DNA of 64,000 bases from Squalus acanthias. Its lineage: Eukaryota. How positions within the stretch are numbered: position 1 is the stretch's first letter; each line of letters opens with the position of its first letter. Under the pieces are notes generated by a model that made no database searches, had not been told where the DNA came from, and worked only from the letters and a program-made list of their open reading frames with translations. Positions 37,650 to 51,463 of this stretch are shown in pieces. The stretch is taken from NCBI GenBank assembly GCA_030390025.1, contig CM059431.1, positions 118,918,001 through 118,982,000 on the forward strand. Direction: 5' to 3'. The position numbers were made by a program, and so were the translations under genes.

Positions 37650-38330
37650 CCCTCCTTGTTTTCTCAGCCTTCAAGCAGGATTCTACACGATCAATCACAC
37701 CAATTCGTTCAATGCTTCTCCTGTTGTCCAGCTCAATGGGACTGCCACTGCTTGCTTCCACTCTTACCTATCTGATTGTAGCCACCTCTACAAAGGCTTC
37801 TCTTCCTACTCCTACAACATCAACTCAGAAGTCCCCCAAGGATCCATGCTTGGCCTCCTGCTCTTCCTCATTTACATGCTATCCCCAGGCCACATCATCT
37901 ACATGTGGGCCTTGGATGGCCGAGATGCTTTCCTGATTTTCTCTTGTCTTTCAATCCCTCTGTGGCTTCACCTCTCCTCTCCCACTGCTTCAGCCACTCC
38001 CTTGAACTCACCATTCCTCTGACTTTGGCCTCTTGTGCATTTCCCCTCCCTTCACTCCACCACTGGTGGCCGTGGCTTCAGCCGCTTCGCTCCCACTCTC
38101 TGGAATTCCCTCTTTACCTCCCCCTACTCTTTTCAGACCACCTCGTTACCAAAGCTTCCAGTTTTTCTAATCTCTCACCTTTAAACTTTTCTTCAAAACC
38201 TGTAGATTTGATCACATCACTGGTCACTTCTAATTCCTGCTTGGTGTTTGTTTCTCTTCTTACATATGTGAAGTGGCTTGGGGAATTTTGCTACTTCAAG
38301 AGCTCTTTACAAGTGCAAGCTGCCGTTCTG
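37650..38330 (+). mobile_element. Decayed L2 fragment
   Basis: VPQGSMLGLLLFLIYML-like RT motif and L2-type tail. Confidence 0.6.
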
Positions 38331-39552
38331 AATTGCTGCATTGAAACGCGAGTGGAAAATCAATGAATCGTTAACAAAATTGCTACCGTTGGCAATTCAA
38401 GTACTTCTTACTGCGATGAAGAAAACATAATTCAGATAAATAACACAAGAAACAAAAGCTTACCCCTCTTCTTCGGCTGCAGTTGAAAATAAGTACAAGT
38501 TATTTTCAGGTATTTAATCCCTTTGTTTTTCTGATTCATGTTGAAAATATTCCTTCTGCGATATTTCATGGCCATCATTTCTTTGAATTGATTTTTGTAT
38601 GGTGGTAATTTTGTAGCTGCATTAGACTTTCAAGTGCACCAAAAGACTTCGATGAAAATTTCAAGAACGATAAAACACCTGTAAATTAAACTTGCAAGCC
38701 AACAAACCCATGCCATCGACCACACATTGTTAGAACCATTCTGAAAAGCAGGCTACAATAGTTATTCATTAACAAGACCTTATGGAATGTAAAGGGAGGA
38801 AAACTAATTTTAAATCATGCACAACAGAAGTGATTATACATATTTTGACCTTAAATGGAATTGGATCTTGGATTTTTTTTAACAGTGCTTTTATTGAATG
38901 AATAAAAGCTTTATTTTCACACTATTAGACATTATTCTCTGAATTACCTCCATCTTCATAAATTTCAGCTCATCGAAAACTCTGCAGCTCATATCTTATC
39001 CCACACCATAGACGGAATTTTCCCACTGTCGTGTGTGTGGGTTTGGAGGCAGGTCAGCAGTAAAAGTTGCAGAAAATGGGAGCGCGTCGGGAACGGGCCG
39101 TCATCCCACCTCCTCGCACCTTTAACTCGGGCACCTTTGCCAGCGTGCCACAGACCCGAATGGCAGAGGCGGGCAACCTAATTAAACTCAATAAATCCTT
39201 GTTGTGAGACCCTTAGCAGGGATTTTAACCAGACATTTTAAATTTCACTGGATGACCACGGGAATCTCGCAGCTCAGGAACCACATCTGTTAACCTGAGA
39301 TGGAAGGTCAGTGGCCATTGGTCGAGGTCATTAATGCAGAACATGGGAATCCCAATAAATACTCCCACATGACACCTGCTTACTTGCCTATGGGAAAGGC
39401 TCTTGCTGAGTGCATTTTGAGCACAGATTTAGGTGTCTAGAGTTTGCAAATCTTTTCTGAAACCTTGGAAGCCACTCTCACCACATTGCTAGTAACTATT
39501 ACAACATTGACAGATTGCTTCTCTGATCTCGACTTGACCTGCCATCTATTAT

Positions 39553-41008
39553 ATGAGCATGGGTGCTGCTTATATTGTCTTACCTTGGTCCTCAGAATCG
39601 GACCAGGAAAGCCCCAAAACTAGCAGCAGCAGGCACACCAGCAGCAGCAGCATCAACACCAACAACCTTCTCCTCAACGACCTGATGTTCCACAAGACAA
39701 AGGGCATCAGCACAGGGCTGCACCGCGATGGAGGCGATACCCCTAATACAGGGGATAGAGGCAGAGGATGGGCTTCCTCAACATGACTGAGCAGCGGTAC
39801 CAAAGGAGGCATTTGCAGATTGCTGGAGTAAGACCTGCAGCCCAGAGGACCTGGTGGACACGCCTTACCAGTGGCTGTCAAAGTCACCAGCGCCCGCAAC
39901 TTCTTCACCTCACTCTCCTTCCAGGGATCTGCAGCAGACATTTGCGGCATCTCGCAGTCGGCCGCCCACAGATGCATCACACAAGCCGCCGATGCGAGGT
40001 TTAACAAGTCAGCCAATTATGCAAACTTTGCCACTGATGAAGCCAGTGTTACTGAGCGGGTGCTCGGCTTTGCGGCTCTGGCTGGCTTCCCACAGGTGCA
40101 GCGCTTCATCGACTGCACACATGTGGCCATCAGGGCACTCCGACATCACCCAGGAGTGTTTGTGAACTGCAAGGGCTTCCACTTCCGCTATGTTCAGCTC
40201 ATCTGCAACCATAAAAAGATCATCAAGGCGGCATGAAAAAAATCTTTTTTTATGCAGCAAGTGGTTAGGATCTGGAATGCACTGCTTGAAAGGGTGGTGG
40301 AGGCTGACTCATTGGTGGTTTTCAAAAGTGAATTGGATAAGTACCTGAAGGAAAAAATTACAGGGCTATGGGGAAAGGGCGAGGGAGTCAGACTTGCTGA
40401 AGTGCTCTTGCAGGGAGCTGGCTCGATGGGCCAAATGGCCTCCTTCTGTGCTGTAACCATTCTATGATTCTATGGCAGTTCTCATGACTCTTTCCTCCTG
40501 CACCAGTTCACCCTCCCTCAGCTCTTCGCACCGCCAAACTTACCGGTTGGCTGCTTGAAGACAAGGGCTATCCACTGAAGATGTGGCTCATGACACCCTT
40601 GAGGAGGCCAAGCAATGAGACTCAGGAGCACGATAATGAAAGCCACGTTTCCACCAGATGTGTCATAGAGCAAACAATAGGTATGCTGAAGATGCACTTC
40701 AGATGTCTTGACAGATGTGGAGGAGCCCTTCAGTACGCACCAGCCAGGGTCTCCAGAATCATCGTCATTTGCTAAGCGCTGCACAAGATAATGCAACAAC
40801 GAGGTTTGAGCTGCATGAGGAGCAAGGCGCAGAGTGCACAGTCTCTTCATAGGAGGAGGAGGAGGAGGGTGAGGTGGAGTAAGAGGAGCATCAGCTGGAA
40901 GACAAGGAGGAAGAGCAGGAGGAACCTGAGGTCCAGATGCCAGCAGCAGCGGAGCACATTGCTGCTCGGGAGGCCAGTAATGGCCTCATCATGGCCAGAT
41001 TTACTTGA
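39553..41008 (+). pseudogene. HARBI1-like DDE transposase, interrupted by CR1
   Basis: [17 protein letters not shown]...GSSHD...DKGYPL...[20 protein letters not shown]...LHKI: D-D-E positions recognisable. Confidence 0.9.
40230..40473 (+). mobile_element. CR1 3' fragment within transposase
   Basis: QQVVRIWNALLERVVEAD...ELDKYLK; attctatgattctat tail. Confidence 0.85.
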
Positions 41009-41302
41009 CTTCCTGCATTGCACCCATATGGCTGCCACATGCTGTGCCAAGTTCTCCCCACCAATAACACCATAAAGCATCCCTACAATGAACAAGCCAT
41101 TCCTTTCACACTGATCCCCATTGCTGGAGGTAACGTTATGTCTCACCATTCACTCCAACTCACAAAACCACTTCCAAAATAGCAGACAGAAGTGGGCATG
41201 ACAGGAAAGTGGTGAAAATAAATAGTTTTATATGTGTCAGAACAGTAACAAAACCTAAACAATATCACTTCTTTAAATACCCATGTGCTTACCCTTGTGC
41301 AT

Positions 41303-43196
41303 CTACTTCTGTGTCATTTTTCTTTTACACATGCTTCTACGAGGTGCAACCCCTGTGGCTTCAGCAGAGGTAGAGTCAAGCTACTCACTTCCCTGCTGCA
41401 AATGCGTAAATACTTTTGGCGGATGTCCTCTAGGTTTTGGAGCCCCTGATAGCCCCGCCAAAGTCTGCACCTCCTGCGACTTTGCAAGAGCAGACTCAGC
41501 CATTGTGATCCGGGGAAGCATCTGGGGCTCTGATTGAGCGAGGAGGTGGGGGAGGGGGGCAATGGTGGAGAAGTGTGAGCGCATTGAGAGGAGCCCCCCT
41601 TCCATGTTCCCTCTCACCATCATCTCTCTCATGGGTCAACCACACTTCCCTGCTAGCAAGGAGCTGGAGAGCACCTTGCTGCACAGCAGTGGGGTCATGA
41701 GGACCTAAGCGTATGTTTAGATCCCTCCCAGAGAGGAGGTCTATGGGCCTCTGCCATCTGTTGTCGATAGTTAGCATGTGCTCATGTGAGTGGCGCATTA
41801 GCTGCTCCATTCAGGTGGACATCCTTTCAATGGAAGAGCGTATCGTCCCCATCGCCTGTGACATGGTGGTGCTCATGTTAGAGATGGACTCCTCCATTCT
41901 CTGCACATTTACAGACATCACGGCTGCAAAACCTGCCAGAGCCTCCTGCATTTCTTGCTGCCCCTCCAGGGTCACCCTCTTTCTCAATGGCCCCCGAGGC
42001 TCAGTGTTTACATGCAACTGAGCAGAGCTTGGTGCATCCTACGCCCTCTGGCGAGGAGTCTCCACTGTTGTCCCTGTCAACACCATCTGCTCTTGCTCAC
42101 TTGTGAAGTGTGAGACACCAGGTGACAACACTACACTATCTTGCATGGGACCCACTGAGGTGTGCGTATCTGCGCTAGTGCTGGGTGCGCTTAGGTCTGC
42201 TGACGGTGCACCCTCAGAGGCTGGAGCTTCCTCTGAAGAGTTTTCTTCCTCCTCCAGCTGAACAGTGGGGGGGCTGGGAGGGGCTCTTGATGGACCTGTG
42301 GGAGAGAAAAGAGATGATTTAGCAATGTTATATTAAGAATGGTTGACAATACCATTATGTTCACGATGAACATTCACTGGCTGCTGACATCAGTCACCAT
42401 ATGAGTGACTGCTGTATGTCATGTGGCTGCATGAGATTTAATTCTGTCACCAGGTTGCTGAGAGGTTCCCCCTCTCTCCGTCTCCCACCGCCAGCAGCTC
42501 TGAAAATCTTGAGACCTCCAGGGCCACCTCCTCTGCTGCAGTTAAAGTGCTGAAGGATGGAGGGCCACCTCCGGTTCTCACCCTCTCCCTGTTGTTGTGC
42601 GCTCTCTTCTCCGGCAAGGAGGGAAAGAAGAGGAGTTTGAGTGAGAGTGATGGAATGAGTGTAAGGATTGTGTTGGTTACATCTGTAGAGGGTGACTATG
42701 AGGAAGAGTGGTGCCAATGCCAAATGGCCTCCTTGTGTGTTGTTAGATGGTATGATTGCATTAGGATGAGGGTGAGTGTGCGGGGTGGTTAGTCAGATGG
42801 GGAATGTGAGTATGTACATAGAGAGAGAGGGATGGGTGGATGTGCAAGGTATGTTGGTGTGAGTAATGATGTGCAGGAGCAGGCTTGGGAAGGCAGAGTG
42901 ATGGGGATGTGGTGACATGCACAGCAGCATGAAGGTGAGTGTGGCTTTGCACTCGCCTTTCCCGATCTCATGAGATCATTGAAGCACTTTCAGCACTGCA
43001 CCCAGGTCCTCCTGACGACATCCCTGCTGTTCACCTCCTCTACAATTTCAAGCCATGCCCTTTTTGTCTCTTGGGGAGGTCTCTTCCGCCCATCAGCAGG
43101 GAAGAGGACCTCCCTGCGTGCTCTGACTCCCTCCACAAGAATATGTAGCGATTCATCGGAAAAGTGGGATGCAGCCCTCTGTCTTTGGGAAGTCAT
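41303..43196 (-). pseudogene. Harbinger Myb/SANT-like gene (exons ~43196-42957, 42611-42451, 42295-41303)
   Basis: MTSQRQRAASHFSDESLHILVEGVRARREVLF...WLEIVEEV...RTWVQC; some splice sites mutated. Confidence 0.85.
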
Positions 43197-44374
43197 TTTT
43201 TTATTTCTGCACAAGAAGACCCTCCTCTCCAATCCTCCCTCCACATTCCTACAGGAACCTTCAAATGCAATTTGGTCAAGGCTGCTTAAATATCCCCGCT
43301 GGAAATGAGTCATCGATGACATCATCAGACCCGCACAATTTAATAGGGCCGGGAAACGCGCATGACTTCCTTAATAGGGGCCATTACGCTAAAGTCGCGC
43401 TGAGGAGCGGGCTGATTAATACATTGTGGTAATGACCCGCTACGCGGCCTGCATGCACCCGACTCGATTCGGTAAGGAAAAATCCAGCCCCTGTCCCGCT
43501 AACCCATCACCCCTGTCTTCAATGATCTACACTGGGTCTCGGTCCTCTAATGTCTCAAAATTAAAATTCTGCCTCATCCTTAAATCACTTCACAGCCTTG
43601 CCCCTCCCTACTCCCTCCTCCAGCCTTACTTCTGCCCCCCCACCCCCACCAACTCTCTGTTCCTTGAACCTCTGGCCTCTTGTGCATTCCTCCCTTCCTT
43701 CAGCCTACCATAGGCTCCATGCTCTAAAATTCCCTCCCTAAATCCCTTGACCTCTCCACCTCCTTCTCATACTTTAAAACCTTCTCTAAAACCCATCTCC
43801 TTGACCAAGCTCTGCTTAATTTCTCGATGTCCATTTTTTTGGCTTATGCCTCTGACAAGCACTTTGGGAGATTTTTCGATTTTAAAGGCACTATATAAAT
43901 TCAAATTGTTGTCGTTGTTGTAAAATGGAGCAAAATGTATTCTTAAAGGCTTCTGCCTCAAATCTCCAACTTAAAAATCTGCACCAAAAAAATCCTCCCA
44001 AAATATCGGCAGACCCCTTTAGGGCCCACCTCAGGTAAATGGCCTCAAGGATGCATGACCCATTTCTCCCAACTTTCACCCCAAATAATTATCACCACTG
44101 TATAAGTGGTTGTATGAGTTGCTGTAAGATTTCCCTGAGGTTACCATAATAAGGATGCCATTTTTTGTGCTGCTACTAAAGGTTTGTGTTACTTTGATCT
44201 GTTTAGTCAGGATTTTTTATGCTATTTTTAGTCAGTTCTACTCAAAGTACTGATTTCCACTGAAGACATGGATTTTCCAATTGGAATACCTCTATTCTAA
44301 TACTATGGAGAGGAGGATGAACAGTACATGGAAGAGGCTAGATAGGCACTGAAGGGAGATAGAATTTTGACCTC

Positions 44375-45005
44375 TGGTACATCAGCCAGCTCCGCCCCTG
44401 CCTCAGCTCATCTGCTGCTGAAACCCTCATCCATGCCTTTGTTACCTCTAAACTTGACTATTCCAATGCTCTCCTGCCCGGCCTCCCATTTTCTGTCCTT
44501 TGTAATCTTAAGGTCATCCAAAACTCTGCTGCCCATGTCATAACTAGCACCAAGTCCCATTCACCCATCACCCGTGCTCACTGACCAACATTGGCACCCA
44601 GTTAAGCAATGCCTCGATTTTAAAATTCTCATCTTTGTTTTCAAATCCCTCCATGGCCTCGCCTTTCCCTATCTCTGTAATCTCCTCAAACCCGACAACC
44701 CTCCGAGATATCTGCGCTCCTCCAATTCTGGCCTCTTGAGCATCACCGATTTTAATTGTTCCACCATTGGCGGTCATGCCTTCAGTTGCCAAGGCCCTAA
44801 ACTCTGTAATTCCCTCCCTAAAGCTCTCTGCCTCTCGACCTCTCTTTCCTCCTTTAAGACGCTCCTTAAAACCTACCTCTTTGACCAAGCTTATGTGGTT
44901 CGGAGTCAATCTTTGTTTGATAATGCCCCTGTGCTCCTGTGCCTTAGGATATTTTAGGATATTTTACTACATTAAAGGTGCTAACTGAACACAAGTTGTT
45001 GTTGT
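44375..45005 (+). mobile_element. L2-type LINE 3' fragment
   Basis: AETLIHAFVTSKLDYSNALL...FKILIFVFKSLHGLAFPYL; gttgtt tail. Confidence 0.85.
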
Positions 45006-45476
45006 CTACAGAATATAAAGGTTTTACATAGAGTTTTCTGACCAGCAGTGCCTCAGAAGGCTGCATCCCCCTCCCCTTTTCCCTCCACCACCACCCCCAC
45101 CCCCAACGCTATTGGGGAAATATGCTAGTTGAAGACCTGAGTCTACTTCCACCAGAGAACAACAGTCATGATCGCTACTGTCTTGAATTTCTTTGTGACT
45201 GGGTCCTTCCAAGCAGCATCAGGTGACTTTTGCCACATTAGTCAGGTAGCTGCTTACCACTGCAGCAAGGTCACTGATATTCTATTCAGCATGGTTTCAC
45301 AATTCATAGACTTTCCAATGGAAGCAGAAAAACAAAGAAAGTTATTCAGTGTTACAGACTGTCAGGGTTCCAAAAGGTTGTACTCAAAGCTCCATATGAC
45401 AACCCCCTCAATTTTATGAACAGAAAAGGCATTCATTCCAGCTCGTCTGAGTTGCCAATCACATTATCTTGCATAA

Positions 45477-45775
45477 CAACAGAAAATGCTGGAAACACTC
45501 AGCAGCTCAGGCAGTATCGTGGAGAGAAAAACAGAGTTAACGTTTGGGGTCGATGACCCTTCGTCAAAACTGGAAAAGGTTAAAGAGGTAACAGATTTTT
45601 AAGCAAGTGTGGGCAAGGACAGGGAGGTGGGGAGGAAAGAACAAAGGGAAGGTCTGTGATAGGCTGGAAGGCAGGAGAGATTAAAAGACAAAAGGGATGA
45701 TGATCCAAGCAAAAGGAGATGGTAATGGGACAAGTTAAGAAACAAAAGATGACTCTAGATGAGGTGTAAATGGCA
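45477..45775 (-). mobile_element. Penelope-like terminal fragment with mutated hammerhead
   Basis: On -: ttgacgaagggtcatcgaccccaaacgttaac plus the family tail. Confidence 0.75.
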
Positions 45776-45984
45776 TATCAATGCCAGGTACCCAGGGAGC
45801 TGCCATGACACTTGCATCATGTGTCAATCCACCATGCTTTTGACCTTATGACCCAGAGTCATTTATCAGGATGATTGATTGGTGATCAGAGTTATAACCT
45901 GCAGTCACAGTTGTTGACTCCATTAATTCTTTAGCATAAAGTGGAGGACAACAGATATAATGAGGCGCATGTCATTTCAAGGTT

Positions 45985-46354
45985 AATTTAGTTGGCGATT
46001 AACTCAACAACTATCAAGAGAAATATTGTGCAGTTCTGCATTTATAACTCTTATATGTCAGCGTGAGAGTCATTCTTGCAGCTCTTAACAAATACTTTGC
46101 AGCAGAAAGCATTGCACTAGCGATGTTAATACACAAGTTCTGCTAGACCTTCTGTTTGCTGATTGGAGCACTGGTCCACATGATCCCAGGTACGCTTACA
46201 CGCACGGTGCGCCCCTGTGATCTGTGGGCCACTACGCTGCGGTCAACCCTGCAGCATCTGACAGCAACTTTTCGTTTGGGGCCTCGGAACAGGTAAGTGC
46301 GCATTTGGTTCTGATGCCGGTGGTGTAATCCTTAATTATGTGCAAAATCTGGGC
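45985..46354 (+). mobile_element. 3' half of multi-hairpin-type TIR element
   Basis: gattgg...cacatgatccca...gcgcccctg...caggtaag...aaaatctgggc parallels 5830 (rc) and 54363. Confidence 0.5.
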
Positions 46355-46809
46355 TGATATTACTCGCTGCTTCCGAAAGCCAACAGCAATAATGAAGAGG
46401 GGGTTGGAAGATCTCCCTCCCACAGCATGAGGACGATGCACAGGAAGGAGAGAACATGGAACATGACAGCCAGTAGCCAGAGAAGGGAGGACATAACTTA
46501 TAGTCCAGTCTTTTCAAGAAATAAAGGTTGTCTTACCAAATAAATACACTTCGCACCTGTCTGTTCTCCCCTCTTACAATTCTCTCACTGTCAAAGACTT
46601 CTGCCAAGTTCCTTCCTTAGACAGAAGTCTATATTTCCCATGCCAACATCCAAAAACTGAAAACATACAAAGAAATGAACTCAGAGCTCTATGCTCAAGC
46701 TGTATTTACGAACTTTCAAAAACTATGGGCAGGAAAAGATCAGTTGATCCACCAAGTCTGTCCTATGCTATCATGATGCAACTTAACAACATGACCCTCA
46801 TCGCTCCCC

Positions 46810-48340
46810 AACTACAAGCAGCCATGTACTCTCCTGGGAGAGGCCAAAAAAAACCCTCCCAGGCCAATTCACAGAAAAAATATCTGGGAAATTCTTCTCC
46901 GAGGCCCGAAGGTGATCAAACAGTGACCGAGAGATGCATCCCCCAAAACTCCACCTACCTTTTGAATGCTGTGGTGTCAGCCACAGCTAGGAACTCATCC
47001 ATCTCTGTTTTGAACATTTGCAGTGAATCCACAATTACTGCATGAGCTGGCAACTTGTTCCAAAGGTCAATGACACTCTGTGAAAAGAACAATGTCCTGA
47101 CATCTAATCTGCTTTTGTATACGCATGTCCCCTGGTTTCTCCCTAACCTATCTAATTCAAATCGTCTGTGCACATAGACACAATCTAGTACCATTATTAT
47201 TTTAAGGACCTCAGTTAAATCAACTCAAAGTCTACTCATTTCTAGAGTAAAAAGCTGCAGCTGTCTAAGCCCAACATGGTGGCTAAAGGCATTTGGGTGA
47301 GGTATCAATCTAGTGGCGCTCCTCGGAACCTTTTCCAGGGCCTCTATATCAACCACCGTGTGAAGGGACACAAATTGAAAATAATATTCTGGATGAGGCC
47401 CAACCAATGTCTTAAACAAAGATAATGGGCCAGATTTTAAAGTCAAAATAATGGTGAAGCTAATGGCGCTCACCATTATTTATGCATAAATGGTACAGCA
47501 ACTTCAGGTGAGGAGCAGATGTGCATTTAAATGCAAATATCCAAAAGTTGCTGTTCAAGTTGTGCATCTCTACTATTAGCTTCATGAAAACAGCATTTCA
47601 CTCTCCGCCTCACCATTGAAATGCATTGAATGGCATGAAGTTGCTGTATTTGCACCGTAGATATGAACTAAAATCAACACAAAGTTAAGTCTTGTCATTT
47701 CAAGTGTAAGTACCCTTTTAATGACGTGATAAGTGTTAATTACTGCCAATCAACCTCTCTGGCACTGAAAATTAACCATTGCAAGTGTGGAGTCTCATTC
47801 CTTCAGGTTTTAATTGTTGTTGGAGATTATAAAAATGGAAAAAAAATCCTTCTCTCTCTTTTCTCTTTCTCTCTTAATCCAGTCTTTCTTTTCCTCTCTT
47901 TATTTCTCCTTCTGTACCTGATTTGACATTGAATTCACCCACTCTAATTTACACTTTCTTCTCAGACTTGGTACTGTTTATTTCTCAATTCTTTAATCTG
48001 ATTGGTTAAAGAGATACACAGTTGGTTGCCCTGTTCACTCTGATTCCAGATGCCCAGTTTCCCTCGCTGTAATGTTATCAGCTCACACTTTCAGCAACTT
48101 ACCACGCAAAAAATTAAAAAACCTAAATGTGCAAGTGCAAGTGCAAGTCTAACTAATGGTAGATACCATTAGACGCCCTGTCATAACAAAATCTGGGCCA
48201 ATACAGTGTTTTTTTGTTTTATATTGGATTATCCCAATAATGCATTGCAATAAAAACAAATTGCAATAGCTGCATGGCAGTGGTTGTGAACCTTTAGAGA
48301 TTTATGTACTATAACACTTTGATGTTTCTCTCGCTCAACA
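46810..48340 (-). mobile_element. CR1 3' fragment split by a TIR element
   Basis: LSLFKTLVGPHPEY...LEKVPRSATRLIP; FFSQSVIDLWNKLP. Confidence 0.75.
47427..48199. mobile_element. Non-autonomous TIR element
   Basis: gggccagatttt / aaaatctgggcc, TSD AAT (47424-26/48200-02). Confidence 0.8.
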
Positions 48341-49209
48341 TTCACTAAAAAGTGTTAAAAAATCCATTCAGTCTATCCACTCCAGAAGCTGATAATGTCC
48401 TTAGAAACTTTCTGGTGTCTTGGTAGCTCAGAAATCTCCTGGGCTGTCACTTTCTCCAGGGTGTTCTGCAGGTCATGAGAAACCTCCTGCAATTTATTAC
48501 AGATGTGAGTAATTGGCCACTGCCACTTGTTCATTGTCTCAACCATATGTACGTAAACTGTCTCCACTGCTGCATAGGAGAAAAATGATCTCTTATCATA
48601 GCTCTTTTAAAGACTGGGCCTTGAGATCTGGGTTCCTAAGCTACACAGCCAAGAGTACTAATTCCACTACCCTCCAAGCAGGAATGCAAGTCTACATTTC
48701 TTCCATTCCCAGGTCTTCATTCTCACTAGTGCTCAGTGCTTCACCCATTGAAACCTATTCTGATCACTAACTCCTTCCTCCTGAGTTGGTGTCTCTGGAT
48801 TGGTGCTTGCACAGGTAAGATGCCATGATGGAGCTGGTGATGACGTAACAGGAGTTACGGCTCTGGACATGCTGAAGTGGTCATAGCAGCGGTCGGCTCT
48901 TCTTCCAAGGCATCCTCTGCCTTGACGTTGAAACATGGAAGAGCTTGTTTAGCTGTTCACACAATTACTTTTTGCCCTTGAAGGAATAGCTGTGGAAGTA
49001 AGGGCATTGTAATATTTTGAGAAAGCACATGACATTGAGATTACATATGCTGAGCCTTTACCAACCTTCAGTTGCCACCTCGTCTCCAACCTCACCATCT
49101 CCCACAGCTTCTCCTGTCTATGTGTAAAGGCACTTCTTCCTATGGAGTCAAATTTTTCCATTATGGTGCTCCTCCTCAGTTGCATTTCTCGCAGGGATCA
49201 TTTTATTTA

Positions 49210-49722
49210 AAGTATTGCATGCAGTTCTGGGCACCGCACCTCAGGAACTTTATATTGGCTTTGGAGAGGGTGCGGTGCACAGTCACCATAATGATACCGG
49301 GGCCAAAAGGGTTAAATTATGAAGACAGGTTGCATAGGTTAGGTTTATATTCCCTTGAGTATAGAAAATGGTGTTTAAGATGATTAAAGGAGTCGATAAG
49401 GTAGATAGAGAGTCACTATTTCTTCTGGTGGGTAAGTCTAGAACAAGGCATAACCTTAAAATTAGAGCCAGGCCGTTCAGGGGTGATGTCAGGAAGCACA
49501 TTTTCACACAAAGGGTAGTGGAAATCTGGAACTCTCCCCCCAAAAAGCTGTTGAGGCTGGGTCAACTAAAAATTTCAAAACTAAGATTTATAGATTTTTG
49601 TTAGGCAAGTGTGTTAAGGGTTACTGAACCAAGGGGGCTAGATGGAGTTAAGATACAGCTAGGATATAATTGAATGGCAGAAGAGGCTCGAGGGGCTGAT
49701 GGCCTACTCCTGTTCCTATGTT
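49210..49722 (+). mobile_element. CR1 3' fragment
   Basis: YCMQFWAPHLR...YEDRLHRLGLYSLE...HIFTQRVVEIWNS; ttcctatgtt tail. Confidence 0.85.
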
Positions 49723-51272
49723 CTTTTGCTCATAAAAGTAGAAGCTTGAACAAGGAAGATAGCTGGCACAAAGGATAGAAACAGTGTTAAGAAGTAGTTG
49801 CAGATAAGATGAATAGATATTTTGACACGTTTAGGTGAATGTTGTTCTGCAAAGTAAACACGGCTTGAGTACAAAAAGTTCTGAGTTCATTTTTGTGTGT
49901 GTTTGCAACTTTTGGGAGTAGGATGATAGCAGAGGACCTTTGGGCTTCTGTCTTGTGAGGGTAATTAGTAGAGGTATTTGACAGCGAGGGGCTTTGTGAG
50001 GGCGTGAGGGGAGAATAGGCACATATGCAATGTCTTTAATTGATGTTTCAATCTTTATTGAAAGCACTGGGCTATCAGTTGTGGTCCTTCTTTCTCTGGC
50101 TATTCTGTCCTGATCTCCACATCCTCCCCTTCCTTTGCACCCTCCTTATGCTGTGGGGATGGGTTGCTTCTTCTGATCTTCACATCTTCCTCATTAGCTT
50201 CTGGAAGCAGCACATCTTTCTTCATTGTGATATTATGTAATCTGCAGAAAGCTACAGTTGATTCTGTAGATTCTTGCAGGGCTGAGCGGCAGGCGTGCAC
50301 CAGATTTATGCAGGGACTTAAAACAAGACTTGAGACTTTCTACAGACAACTCAATAACAGTTCTTATAGTTTGTGAAACTTTACCTGCATCATTAGCCAT
50401 GACTGCAGGGGATTACTCTAATCACCAAGCAACCATCCTGATATTTGGCTCTGAGTTATGAGAGCTGGTGTTGTGAATCATCACACGATGAAAGTATCAT
50501 GACAGCTTCCTGGGTATTGGGTATTTATGTGCAGATAAGGTGGTTGGCATAACACTAGCTGCACATTAATACAATGAAAGCCTTTTCTGTTTCTGCAATT
50601 GAGGAGATTGTCATAAGTGCCACATACATTCTGTCACTTGCTCCTTGCAACTGTGAGAACCCTGCTAACCTATAAAACTGAATCGCTCTCTTTTTTTTGT
50701 TTCCCTGGTTCCATTGAGAATATGAATTGTGTAGCCCTCCTGAATAGTCACCTCTTGATGCAGTGGTGAGCTGCAGCATCACTGACGTCACTAAGGCCAC
50801 CAAATGTTGTTTGAAAGAATCTTTTGGCAAAAAAAAATCAACAGAATGGTCGCTTTCAATCCTACAGACAATGCTGTTCTCTTGGTAGAAGTGGTTTGCA
50901 GGTCTTCAGCCAGCAGCTGGCCTAACTCCCAAATATCTTCCTGAGGGTGGGGTACCCTTTTGAGGCACTGACGGCTAGAACAATCTAAATAAGACCGTCT
51001 CGGTCTATAGACCCTGTGGAGTGGATGTCAAAATGTAGCAAGCAATTCTCATCCTAGAGCCTCCAATCACTTCTATATCATCCTCCTCCTCTTTATAAAG
51101 CAATTCCAATTGGGAAATCCATTTTCCCAGTCCGGAAATTTACTTTCTCAAGTACTCACAGAACCTGTCTACAGAGAAGTTCCAGGGCATAAACCAACCA
51201 AATTTACTGTGTAGGCAAAGTTTCTGCAAAGCTTCAGTAAGGAAATCCAAAATGGACACCTCCGTGCAGTAA

Positions 51273-51463
51273 TACAAAAGCAAAATACTGCGGATGCTGG
51301 AAATCTGAATTAAAACAGAAAATGCTGGAAATACTCAGCAGGTCAGGCAGCATCTGTAGAGAGAGAAACAGAGTTAACGTTTCAGGACCTGAAACGTTAA
51401 CTCTGTTTCTCTCTCTACAGATGCTGCCTGACCTGCTGAGTATTTCCAGCATTTTCTGTTTTT
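51273..51463. mobile_element. Penelope-like fragment with perfect 75-bp inverted duplication
   Basis: Arms 51312-51386/51388-51462; 15-bp TSD acctcc(g/a)tgcagtaa at 51258-72/51464-78; ORF track shows the same peptide start on both strands. Confidence 0.9.

Larger units (their letters stand above)
39010..43489. mobile_element. PIF/Harbinger-like transposon copy C (same family as B, inverted), inserted in an L2 fragment (38940-43920)
   Basis: gacggaatttt / aaaatccagcc ends; collinear with B; host L2 reads AAHILSHT|...PITP across it. Confidence 0.9.
45160..46720 (+). pseudogene. Old Harbinger transposase remnant (interrupted by Penelope and MITE fragments)
   Basis: LNFFVTGSFQAASGD, NARYPGSCHD, YNEAH motifs; 46360-46720 homologous to the reverse complement of 49850-50220. 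Confidence 0.65.

Noticed and set aside
39553..41008. Domesticated host HARBI1/NAIF1/MSANTD genes
   Set aside because: Multiple copies with TIRs, stops, frameshifts and insertions show these are transposon pseudogenes.
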